Source: Camelus ferus (lineage: Eukaryota). Taken from it: a stretch of DNA of 64,000 nucleotides. The stretch is from NCBI RefSeq assembly GCF_009834535.1, contig NC_045697.1, positions 4,218,001 to 4,282,000 of the forward strand, given 5' to 3'. The first letter of the stretch is position 1. The number at the start of each line of letters is the position of its first letter. Positions 49,803 through 61,286 of the stretch are shown piece by piece. The position numbers were made by a program, and so were the translations under genes. Below the pieces are notes generated by a model, which saw nothing but the letters and a program-made list of their open reading frames with translations, ran no database searches and had not been told where the DNA came from.

Positions 49803-51576
49803 CCCACCCAGCGCATAGTGCTTCCCCATCTCCATTCTCACCACTTCCCACACCACCGTCGCCTCTTACCGAGCACTTGCTCCGCCAGACAGCGTTCTAT
49901 CGCAGGGAACATACTGACCTATTTAATCCTCCTGACATCACAGCGGAGTAGGCATGATAACATCCCCCCTCAACAGGGGAAGAACCTAAGCCACAGAACG
50001 CTTAAGTAATCTACCCAGAGTCACCCAGCTAGCAAGTGGGTGTGATTCAGACTTGCAGCATCTGGACGCAGAACCCTTGCACGTCACTGTCACGCCCCAC
50101 CACCTCTCAGTCATGATAGTAACAACTTCCACGACAGCCACTGTCGTTGCTCATTTATTGCAGGTGCTGGGCTGAATGCACTGCACTTGCTGCATTTAAC
50201 CCTCCCAGCAGCTCGTGTCGGTGGGCTGTCATTCCCTCCATTTTGCAGATGTGGGGACAAGCTCTGAAAAGTGGATGCTGTTGCCTGTGGGCCCCTCCTA
50301 GCCCTGGTCGATCAGATTGCCCGTCCAACCCCATCCATGCAATAATGTTTCTGGCTCTTGTTTTAGATCCTAAGGGAAAGCAGGTGCTGTTTGCACTGTT
50401 GCAGGACAGAGTAGGGATTGATTCATAACATGGGTGGCCAGATGCATGGGCTTTGGCAACTGTATGATGTTTCTAACATTTCTTCTAGGTGTTAGGGACA
50501 TGTGACTCTTTGGTGCTTCCTGTCCCTTCCTGACAGGCCTCCATGGCACTTCTCTAACACCCTCCTGATTAAACCCCCTGGATTCCAGGCCAAAGTCCTG
50601 TCACCCACCCTCTCTCTCTCCCTCTTGGGGCTCCAGCAGCCTGCCCTCTCACAACTCCTCAGCCTTACACTTCCTCCAGCCTGGCTCCCTTCCTGGATAA
50701 CTCTTCCACCCTCAGCTTAATGCCTTTGCCTCAGAGGACACTTCCCTGACTCTCCAGACAAGCTCAGCACTTTGTTATAAACCCCGTCGCATGCCCCCTG
50801 TATGTCTCCTGGAGCATCAATCGTGGGGCTAATATCTGGTTTCAGTGCTGGGCTAGGAGCCTGACAAGTTAGGACAGGGTCTGATTTTCCCTTTCTTGGT
50901 GCCATGAGAAGGTAGCCAGCTGGCTATACATCCCAGCTCTGTCCCCCTTGAGTTCTCCCTCCCAACTCTAGGTTGGGTGCAAACCCAAGCATGCGATCCA
51001 ACACAAACCCTCACTGTCCTTCCAGGGTAAGACAAACATTACACCTTTTACAACCTGCTTGATTTCGTGGTTGGTTTTTTTTTTTTTCAGAGGAGTAGAA
51101 ATGCTCTGATTCTTATTTAACTAATTTTGTTGCTGAAAGTACCAGCCACCTGCTAGGGTCTTTGACTTATGTAAATTCATTAAATCTTCATTACAGCCCT
51201 GCAAAGCAGATGGTACCCACTCATTCTACAGATAAGAAAAGCAGGGCACAGAGAGGTTGAGTTTTCCAGAGGTCACACAGCTGTTACTCAGTGGACCTGG
51301 ACTATCAACCTCTGGTTTTTGTGCAAACAGTGCGTTCTTGCTTGTTTAAGCGTCTGGGAATCACATAAGCTGGCTTGTGGTGGAGGTGTGCAGATGGGCT
51401 CACCGCACAGAGAAACATCACACACTCGAAAGCTTCTGTGTGCTTGTACAGTGGGTGGTTACTAGAAATAGCCCCTTTCCCACAGCACCGTGTGGCCCCA
51501 GCTGTCTGATCCTGCTCTCTGAGTGGGATTGCACCATCCTAGTTAATAAGGTTCCGAGCAGAGAAGGGAAGGATGC

Positions 51577-51959
51577 TGTTACGGACTGAATTTTGTCTGC
51601 CCCAAATTTGTATGTTGAAGCCCTAACCTCCAGCACCTCAGAAAGTGACTGTATTTGGAGTTAAGGTCTTTAAAGAGGTGATTAAGGTGAAATGAGGTCA
51701 TGAGGGTGGGTCCCAATCCAGTATGACTGGTGTCCTTATGAGAAGAGGGATTAGGACCCAGACACACACAGAAGGATGACCACGTGAGGACGCAGTGAGA
51801 AGAGAGCTGCAAGCCATGGGGAGAAGCCTCAAAAGGAACCAACCCTGCTGACACTTTGATCTTGGACTTCCAGCCTCCAGGACTGTGAGAAAAGAGTTTT
51901 CTTCTGTTTAAGCCACCCAACTGTGGTATTTCATTTTGGTGGCCCAAACAAACTGATAC
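51577..51959 (+). mobile_element. MaLR solo LTR (MLT1B-like), sense to the gene
   Basis: TGTTACGGACTGAA..tatgttgaagccctaacc..gtgactgtatttggag..ttgatcttggacttccagcctccag..tttaagccaccc..aactgatac. Confidence 0.85.
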
Positions 51960-53354
51960 CGAGGCACAAGTTGCCAGGAACCTCCTGTAGGATCTGACCC
52001 GGTTTGGCCAGAGTGCTCACAGCTCATTTTTGTAGCCAGGTCATCCTTTAAAGAAAATCTGCTGGGTAAAAGCAGCTTTGCTGGCCGTGCCCCAGTGAGA
52101 CTGCATTTGTGTGCAGGAGGCCTTTCTGGGCACCTCCACACCAGCATCCTTGGGGAGCCTGTGTGGGAGGCTCTGGTGGTGTGGTCCTTGGCAGAGCTGC
52201 TTCCATTCTCACTCTGCAGCTGCTCTGTTGCTATGGTAACAGCCTCCTCCTCCTGCGAGTGTGCTCCTGCTGAGACATCTGGATAAACCACACTTTGCTT
52301 GGTTCAGCCAGTGGAGCCCAAGGCCACATCCTTCTCTTCATGGAGTCCCTGCCCGCTCTTGACATCCAACTTGCCCTGGACATAGCCAGTCCAGCGAGCC
52401 CCGGCAGCAGGCCCTTGGGAGTGCTGACCCCCCGGGAAAGCTGCATGTTGTGCGGAGATGCCGTCACTCCAGAACGTAGCGGGCAGCAGGAGGAACACTG
52501 GCTGGGAGTTAGGAAGCCAGGGGTCTATCCTTGCTCTGCCAGGCTCCACCTCTGGCCCTGGGCCAGTCTCTTCCCTGCCTTGGCCTCCCTCTCCTTGGGA
52601 TGGTGGGCGATCCCTGTCCTGCAGGGACACCTCAGAGGTGTCCTCACCAGCCCTCCAAGGGTTTGACTCTGTCTCTAGGCTCTTTTTCTTGCTGTGTTTT
52701 CACAGTCATCTGTCTTGGCGCAGCCGCTGAAGCCCGGCACATTTGTTGATATTTGGCACTCCCTGGGCTTTTGTGGGGTTCTTTCTGTACCCATTTCCCA
52801 TTTGAGCTCCTCGCTGGAACAAGCCAGTGACATTTATTCATTTCACGTGCCTGACCCACCTAGTGGTCGGTGGAGGTTTTCCCAGTGGATGAGTGACGAC
52901 CCTTGTACCTGTGCCCCCGAGGGGACAGTGACGGGAGACTGAGGCACAGAGAGGTGAATCTCCCAGGAGTGAGGGCCCAGAAACACGGTCACCTTCTCTC
53001 CGACATTTGAGAGGCCATTTGAGTGGGATCCCTCGTGGCGTAGTTTCTGACTGAGGGCTGGGCCCCTGTGCTGGTGGTGTGCGGGGGCATCAGGACATCA
53101 GGCAGTGCCTTTGGCAGCAGGAAATGAAGGAGTTTCTATAAAAATCTCTGCAAACTTGATGACTCTGCAGGCCTGTCTGGATTACATTCCTGTGTTCTTG
53201 GCAGGAAGAACCAGAGATTTCATTCTGTGATGGAACAGGTCAAACCCCTGTTCTACTGACTCCTCCTGTACTGACTCCCCCAGGCGTTTGACATACTGGC
53301 GATAGGGAAGGGGGGCTTCCGTTACAAGAGCAGGATTGCAATCCCTCTTCTAGA

Positions 53355-53574
53355 CGGGGGTCAGGAAAGAGTAGCCCACTGGGGAGAGGTGGGCGCAGGA
53401 ATCCACCAGCTTATACAGCTTGATGGGGACACGGCCACACGCACTCATTTGCATACTGTCTTTGGCTGGCTTTGCACCGCAGAAGCAGAGGTGAGTAGCC
53501 TACATGAGCTGTCCTGGGGAGTTCAGCCTAAATTTACTCTCTGGCCCTTGACAGAAAATGTCTGCAGACCCCTG
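53355..53574. mobile_element. MER58A-like hAT MITE
   Basis: Termini cgggggtcag / gcagacccctg flanked by TCTAGA on both sides, the hAT-Charlie target preference. Confidence 0.7.
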
Positions 53575-53689
53575 GTCTAGAGGGTTATACTTGTATATAT
53601 TCACACTTGGGGCTGGAGCCAGACAGCCACCAGAACCAAAGACGTCTTCTCCGGCCCTGGCATTATGCCACGTGCCTTCCTGGTTCACT

Positions 53690-53892
53690 TACAAAGCACC
53701 TACTCTGTGCCAGCCCCCCCCCTTCCCGTTCTCAGCACATCACGTGTGCCATCATAATTAATCCTATTGCTACCCTAGGAGGTAGGGTGTACCATTGCCG
53801 TTTTGAACTTGGGGAAACTGAGGCACAGAGAGGTTTAGAAACTTGCCCAAGGACACACAGCTAACAAGCAGCAGAGCCTGGATTCAGCCTCA
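53690..53892 (-). mobile_element. MIR SINE
   Basis: agcacctactctgtgccag..ttaatcct..ggaaactgaggcacagagaggtttagaaacttgcccaaggacacacagcta. Confidence 0.75.
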
Positions 53893-54587
53893 GGCCACTG
53901 GGGCCACGGTTCTCACCCAGGCTCTGCTTTGCCTCCCAAGTCACAGTGGGTGTATTTCAGACCCTGGAACCCAATTTAGTTCTAGTCCCCAGCTGGCCCC
54001 CCTCTGCCTGGCCCTGAGCAAGTGGCTTCTCTTTGCTGAACCCCTGTTTCTTCATCCATAGAAGGGGGTGCACCTCCCTCACATGTGGAGAGGATGTGAA
54101 GCCATCTGCTCAGAGCCAGCCCACGGGCCATTTCGGGTGGGTATGCGTATAAACTGGAGTTTAAGGTACAAACAGGAACAGGATTTTGCCCACAGTCAGA
54201 TGGACAGGACAGGTCGGCCAGCAGCCTGAAAAGATAAGCAGTGACGGGTGTATGAACGCAGCATGGAGGAGACCAGAGGGGTTCTAGTGGGGAATCGGCC
54301 TTCCTGACAAGCTCAGCAGAAACCCGTGAGCTTCCCGGGTTCTGTGATGCTCTTGAGCTTGGCTGGCTGCAGCAAGCTTCGGGGTTGGTGGCTCATTTTA
54401 ATGGCCCCCATAAGTGACATTCTGCTCCTAAAAGGACCCCCCCCCCCCGCATACACACACATTCCTCATGGCCTGGAGTCTCCTTGAGCCTGCTGTTCAA
54501 ACCCACTTTAAGGGCATCTTCTCCTCAAGATGGGTTTGAATTTTCCCGCACTCTTGCATCCCTGATCGGAGGGGCCCACAATGGGCT

Positions 54588-54985
54588 GATTCATTCATTC
54601 ACTCCAGCAACTGTTTACTAAGCACCTGCCATGTGCTAGGTACTCCTCTAGGCACTGAAGGTGCAGCAGCTATCCATGTGGACAAGTTCCCGTGCTCGCT
54701 AGGGGGGGCAGACAGCCAGCAAATAAGCCATTGGCAATAAGTAGCAATTGATGCTTGCAAAAATAAAAGGTGCATATGGGTGTGTGTGTTTGTTTAATGC
54801 AAAGTAAAAGAAATAGGTTTATTTGGGGGAGGGGGGTTTGTAGGAGAAGGCCACTTTGTTAAGGAGCCTTCAGACAGAGATCTGAAGGACATTAAGGAAA
54901 GAACCTTGCAGATATTTGGGAGAGTTGCTCTCTAGACAAAGGGAGTAGGAAGTGCAAAGGCCCTGTGGTAGAATGGTTGTTGTCA
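54588..54985 (-). mobile_element. L2 LINE 3' region (other L2 ends near 8985, 37770, 46510, 61200)
   Basis: attcattcattcactccagcaactgtttactaagcacctgccatgtgctagg...aagtgcaaaggccctg. Confidence 0.65.
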
Positions 54986-55223
54986 CATCCTAGAATGGAC
55001 CAAGGGGTGGGGACCCCCACAGAAAGCTGTGGGAGAAAGAACCTCAGTAGACTTACAGTCACACATCCTGGGTTCAGATGTCAGCTCTGCTGCTCACTGG
55101 CCTTGGGAACCTCTGAGAAGCCTCCTAAATAAAGCTAAAGCAGCATCACCCAGCTTCCACGCCTGGACTGGGGCTGGGGGACAAATGGCAGAGAACAGGG
55201 TTTCTAAATTGAAGGACTGTTGC

Positions 55224-55396
55224 AGGGAGGGTGTAACTTAGTGGTAGAGTTCATGCTTAGCAGGCACACGGTCCTGGGTTCAATCCCCCAGCACCTCCTT
55301 TAAAAAAATAAACCTATAAGTAAAATAATAACCCCCCCCCAAAAAAAAACAACATAAATAAAAATCTTGCAGGGAAAGTCTTTAAATAAATAAGTA
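55224..55396 (+). mobile_element. tRNA-derived SINE (same family), sense to the gene
   Basis: GGGAGGGTGTAACTTAGTGGTAGAG...GGTCCTGGGTTCAATCCCC followed by an A-rich tail. TSD GAAGGACTGTT (55211-55221) / GAAGGAGTGTT (55397-55407). Confidence 0.85.
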
Positions 55397-56144
55397 GAAG
55401 GAGTGTTCATGAGGAAAGATTTTGAATCATCTCCTCATCTGGCATTTGTTCATGCAGCAGACACCCCGGGTGCCTCTGTGGGCTGGCTGTGTGCGAGGGA
55501 GCTGGGGTGGCATAGACCTCAGTGAGACAAGCTCCCTGCCCTGGGGCTGAAGGTGGGGGAGACGGGCTCGTGTGCAGCGTGGTGATCTGGAGGAGGTGAG
55601 GTCTGCAAGGATGAGCAGATGGTAGGGCCTGCCTTGGTGTTCAGGAAGAGACTACAACCTCTGTGTAATGATCCAGAAACATCAAACAATTGGATTGGCT
55701 GGAAGGTGAGGAGGGAGAAATGGCCCGAGGTGAGACTGGGGAAAGGCAGGCAGCGCAGGGCCATCCTCGCGGCCTTGAATGCATGCCGTCAAGGCCTTCT
55801 CTTGTGGGCAGTGGGGGGGGCCCACTGACCCCTATTTTAGGGAGTTCACTCTGGCTGAGGTTGGCGGGATGGCCAGGGGCGGGGAGCCCCAGTGAAGCAG
55901 AGGCACCCTGGGCTGAGGGCCAGAGCAGAGGGACCCCCGGGTGGAGGAGCCCAGGATGCGGAGGCTGCTTGGATGTGAAGAAGGAGGAGAGAAGGATCCG
56001 GAAGCTGCCCTGGTTCCTGGCTTTGCATTTTAGGTGCTCAGACAGGGAGTTACAGAGAGAAGCGATCTGACGCGCATGTTGAAAAAGATGTCCGTGGCAC
56101 TGGCATTACGCCCCTGTCATTATTCCCTGGCTCCCGGGAAGTTC

Positions 56145-56571
56145 TGAGTTTCCTCTGGACACCATCACGACTTTCCACAAGCTCGGAAGTCTATCCTCTC
56201 ACAGTTGTGGAGACTGGAAGTTTGCAGTTAAGGCATTGGCAGGGCTGTGTTCCCTCTGAAGTCTCTAGGGGAGGACCCTTCCTTACCTCTCCCAGCTTGG
56301 TGGCCCCAGGCATCAGCCGTCTCTGCCTCTGACACTGTGTGGCTTTCTCCTCTGGGTGTCTCTGTTTCTCCTTCTGCGTCCTTTAAAACGACACTGATCA
56401 TTGGATTTAAGGTCCACCCAGGCAATCCAGGATGATCCCATCTTGAGATCCTTAACTTGATCATATCTACAAAGACCTTTTTGCGAATAAGGTCACATTC
56501 ACAGTTCTGGGGGTTGAGATATGGACGTGCATTTGGGGGTGAGGGGCGAGGCCACCACTCAGCCCCCTGCA
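56145..56571 (-). mobile_element. MaLR solo LTR (MLT1D-like)
   Basis: ctctcacagtt..ggcagggctgtgttccctctgaa..cattggatttaaggtccaccc..aatccaggatgat..tcttgagatccttaactt. Confidence 0.75.
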
Positions 56572-59344
56572 ATGGAGAAAAATACCTCTCTCTCAGCCAG
56601 GATGTGAGGACCGGATCGAGCCTGCCTTCTCCCTTCATCCTCTCCACGCCGCCTGCTCCTCCCTCCACCTACCTGTGTCTGACAAACTTTCCTTGTAGGG
56701 AAAACCATCCTGAGCTGCCAAAGTGTGATTGGAAGTTAAACAAAACCCAGCAGACACTTGGAGTACAATTAGATAGAAAAATAGAAATGAATAATTCATC
56801 CAGCTTTGCCAGGGGGAGGGGGGCTCAAAAATGAGTCTGATCATGCTAGTTCCCAAGGGAGGTCAGTCTTGCCGTGAACTTTGCTGTGAACATGAATCCA
56901 TGCACGTGGGATTCATGCAGCTGGCTCTGAAATGGGACAGGGTGGGGGGCCTAGGGGTTAATCCTCAAAATGAAAGGGCATTCCAGGGTTATACTCAACT
57001 CTTAATTTTGCAAATGAGGTAAACCGAGGTTTACAGAATGGAAATTATTTTTGCACATGGAACTGAACATTCCAGAGAAAGGTAAGACTGGGCACCAAGC
57101 ACAAAGGCCCCAACTTCCAACCCAGCACCAGTCCTGCCAAGTTCAAGGCCACCAAGTACGGTCACTCTAGACCAAGTGTCTCAAAGTCCGCAGACTTTGG
57201 GTGGGAGCCCCAAGGATGTTTGTGGTGTCTGTTCTGGATGTAATTACTGCGCTACAGAGGCTTCTCCACCCCTATTCCCTTGTCAGGAGTCTGTCTTCAG
57301 GCCCCTGCTTTGACGTGACCACGGGGCTTCAGCAGGGACAGCCTCACTCGATAACTCACCTCTCATGCGCCTGATGGCCAGCGAGGAGCCAGGCACCCAC
57401 AGGGAGGGCCTTGTGCTGTGACGAGCGGAGCCAGAGGTCTTGGAGAGGCCCTCTGGGACCAGGTGACCAGATGGCCACTCCCTGAGGACACCGTGCTGTC
57501 CTGGAGAAGCCGAGTGTGGCCATGTGCTGAGGATTCAGAGGCACACTTTGGCTGTTACTGTGATTTTGTCTTCCTCCACCAGTGTCATGTGGAAACGAAG
57601 CTCTGGGTTTCACGTCGTCTTTCCCCAGCACCCACTGTATCAGGTCCCTTGTTTGAAACAGCAAGAGAGATTCCCTGAGTGTTACAGGGGCTATAAGAAC
57701 CACGGGCCAGGGCTGTTGGCGGGACCCAGGCATTGGAGACTGTCTCCCCAGCCCACACACAAGGTCCTCGGTCCACGTGGGTCACCCCTTGGCCAGCTGT
57801 GTGTCGCCCAGGTTCAGGCGTGTTTGATCTGTGTAGTCCTGGTTTGGGCATGTTCACTGCAGAGGGCTGTGGACTTATGTGAGCCCTGTGGACTCAAACC
57901 ACCATGGCCTCGTTCAGATTTCTAACTCGTGTTTGGAGAAGGCCAAAGCTGGATGTGGCTGTGCTGAGGCTGTCAGGAGCGGTTACTGTGATCTGGGTCC
58001 CGGGAAGCAGGAAACACGTGCTCTGTAATCACCCATTTGCTTGGCCTTGGCCCCTGGAGGAGTCTGGGACCAGGGTCTGGGGGCCTGGGAGACAAGGCTC
58101 CTGAGCGCTCTCTGGCCACAGCGTCCGCAGCCTCAGGTTAGAAAGATGGTTCATACACCCTCCAGCTTTAGTCTCCATGATCCAGAGGGTTTAGACATCA
58201 TATCGCTGATCTTTCTCCATTGAGCTGGGCTCTAGAGCATCCCCGAGGCCAGAAAGGAGAGAGATTGTGGACACTGATTCAGTTGAGAAGCTTAGGTGAT
58301 CCTGAAGTAACAAAGGGAAAGTGTCAGAGGCCGACAGCAGCCCACTCACGCCGCATGTCCACCGCAGGTCACCCAAGGCCCCCGGCACAGCATGTGCTGG
58401 CCCTCAGAGTTTCAGCCTGAGAGTGACACATGTCACATGTCACTTCTGCCCCCCATTCACTGGCAAAAGCAGCAAGTCAGGACGGCCCGAGTACCCTTAG
58501 GTCCGGAGGCAGGTCTCCCAGGGACGTTCGGAGTACCACCTACAGGCAAAGCCTCCTCACTTCACCTTGAGTCCTGCGCCCCAAGGGGGTACAAGCCTGA
58601 GAAACACGGTGAGAACACGTGTCCCACAACAAGTGACGCAACCCGGACTGGAACCCCACCTGCGTGCCCTGAGGCCTGGCCCTTCTGTTTCCAACAGGCC
58701 CCCTTTGGCTTTTGGGTCCCAAGTCCTGCGAGAGAATCTAGTCTCTGTTTGCAGAACACCCGACAGGTGCTGATCTGACGTGTGTGACGTTTTGTAAACG
58801 ACGTCACCTTTCCTCCAGAAAGGTGTTAAGTTCAGCAGGAAGCCAAGGCCATTCTGAGCAGGCAGAGCCTCATAGAAAGTCGTCTGTGGGTGCCCAGGCC
58901 GTAGTGGTTCGGGCTACAGGTGGATGTTGATGGAACTCGCATCCCAGAAGCTGTGCTTCTTTTTCTCTCTGACTTTAATCTCTCATTTTCTTCATGACTT
59001 ACTCTCTGCTTCTTGCACCAGGAAGCTGCGGTCCCTGGGACACCAGCCCCAGCACTGACGACCGGGCCGTCTCTCCTGTTTGATGTGAGTCTAAGTTTCT
59101 CCTCAGCGATGTGCTTCTCACAAGCAAGTTTTGAGTGTTTGCACTGAGACCCTTCTCAGTGCCTCTGATTGCAGATCCAACTGTCTTTTCTGATGTTTTA
59201 TAAACTCTCGTGTTGACAGAAGTCAGAAAATGCCTCTCTCTTATTGAGAGAGGAAGCAGCCTGGGGCAGGGTGGGCGGGGCGCTGACTGCAGAGGAGTCT
59301 CAGAGTTTCAGCCGGTATTTTCCAGATTAAAAAAAAATAAAACA

Positions 59345-59546
59345 GCAACTGACATTCGCTGAGCCCTGCGCTGTGTCAGGCAGTCACCAAGAGCTCTTCC
59401 TCCTCGCATCCTCACGGCAAACCCATGAAGTCAGAACCATTAGCCCATTTTACAGATGAGGAAACTGAGGTATGGGGGACTGGTAGGGGGGAACTCGCCT
59501 GGGATCACACAGCCAGGAGGTGGCAGAGCTAGGATTCTCTGACTCC
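59345..59546 (-). mobile_element. MIR SINE
   Basis: cccattttacagatgaggaaactgagg..atcacacagccaggaggtggcagagctaggatt. Confidence 0.75.
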
Positions 59547-60112
59547 AGGGGTCACGTGCAGAGGAAGAGGAAGGAGGGGGCATTTCCATCAGAGGGAGCA
59601 GGCTGTGCAGAGACCCCACAGGGCCTGGGAGACTAGAGACAGCGGGTGTCGCTGTCCAGGAGGAAGTGCCTCAGGGAAGAGCAGCTAGTAGGATCTGAAG
59701 GTGAAAAGGTAGAAAGAAGCCAGGGAATGCCAGGCCTTGAGTGCCCCACCCAGGGGTTCCAGTCTGCTGTTGTAGGCAATGGAGTGGACAGGAATCTAGT
59801 CTCATTTACTGCTGAGTCACCCTGGACACGTTTAATCTCTCTGGGGCTGGGCAGCCGATGGGCACCGGCTGGAGGGAGGGTACAGTCCAGGAGGGAGGTG
59901 GTGGGTCCAGCCTTATGGGGACAGTGGATGGGGGCACCCAGAAGGCTGCCTACACCCAGGCCTGCAGCTTCAGGACGCTCTGGGGCAGGATGTTTGTCCA
60001 GGAGCCTCGTAGGTGGGTGTGCCGGGGAGAGGCATGGGGTGTCTGAGCCGGGGAAAGCAGAGCAGCCAGGGCGCCCTCCCTTCACCGCCCCTTCCTTGAC
60101 CGGGCTGCCCAG

Positions 60113-60277
60113 ACATTGTGGACATCAAGCCAGCCAACATGGAGGACCTCACAGAGGTGATCACCGCGTCCGAATTCCATCCGCACCACTGCAACCTCTT
60201 CGTCTACAGCAGCAGCAAGGGCTCCCTGCGCCTCTGTGACATGCGGGCAGCTGCCCTGTGTGACAAGCACTCCAAAC
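60113..60277 (+). CDS. PPP2R2C: PPP2R2C coding exon 6, 165 nt, (N)[54 protein letters not shown](L)
   Basis: Contains the B55 motif [21 protein letters not shown]. Phase 1 start (A|AC = Asn) matches exon 5; donor AAC|GTAAGT. Confidence 0.97.
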
Positions 60278-61259
60278 GTAAGTGCGCCCACTGGCCAGAG
60301 TTAGCGCAGCGGGTGGCGCGGGCAGGGCTGGTCCTGATGCTGCAGCCTCAGGAGGATGGACAGGGCGTGAGGCTGTTCTGGATGGACTGGGGGTGGGCTC
60401 AGTACTGCTTTAGGGCTGTTGACAGGGGGAACTTGGTCCTGCCCCTCACTGCCCACACCCCAAGTCCCCGCGCAGATCAAGACTGTCCAGCTTCCAGCAG
60501 TCAGGCAGCTCAGGTGAGAGCCAGGGAGTGCGCTGGGCACTGGAAGCCAAGGAGGGACCACATTCATTGGTCACCTACTTCAGGAAGCCCTCCCTGACCC
60601 CCACACTGGACCAGGTCCCTCCTCTGTGCTCCCGGAGCCCCCAGCACTTCCCTCTCACAGACTGGCCACACCCTGTGGAGCTTTCAGTGACCACTCCGTC
60701 TCCCCTAACTGTCATCTCCTCAGGGTCACCTCATGCTGGAACCCACCACAGGGCCAGCTGTGGTTGCCAAGGAGGTGCCAAGGAGATGTGGGGCTAAACA
60801 AGGACCGAGGGAACCTAATATGACAGCCACCACCACACACGGCAGCTCACCTGGACACCTGAGCCAGGCACCCGGCTCTCTGCCTGTATCATCCCATTCA
60901 ACATCATACAAGCTCCCAGGGAGTCTTGCAACCAGAAGGGAAACTGAGGCTCCAGGGATGGGCCCAAGGTCACCCACACTGAAGAGTGGCAGAGCAGGAC
61001 TTGAACCTGGGACTCTGGGGCAGCCTGGCTGGTGCTCCTCACCCCCGGGGCTGGGCTGTGCCAGTGGTGGCTCACTAACACGGCGCTCCCCAGAGGCACC
61101 TGAAGGCAGAGGATCAGGCCACAGCATCCTCCCTGGATGACCTTGTGGGAATAGCAGGGGGACAGGAACAGATGTGGCCCCAGCCAGAAGGGCAGGGACT
61201 TGGGTCCACATCTGTATCTACCTCAGTACCTACAGTAGTGTCTGGAAATACACACTTGT

Positions 61260-61286
61260 TGAATGAATGAATGAATGAATGAATGA
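61260..61286 (+). repeat. (TGAA)n tetranucleotide, probably an L2 tail
   Basis: cttgttgaatgaatgaatgaatgaatgaatgagt. Confidence 0.85.

Larger units (their letters stand above)
42158..60112 (+). other. PPP2R2C: U12-type (minor spliceosome) GT-AG intron, 17,955 nt
   Basis: 5' splice site GTATCCTTT is the exact U12 consensus. Branch sequence TTCCTTGAC at 60092-60100 puts the A 13 nt before the 3' end. There is no polypyrimidine tract between branch and CAG. Confidence 0.95.

Noticed and set aside
55224..55300. tRNA gene (A and B boxes visible; likewise at ~4700 and ~16080)
   Set aside because: Three diverged copies with A-rich tails and target-site duplications; these are SINE heads, not intact tRNAs.
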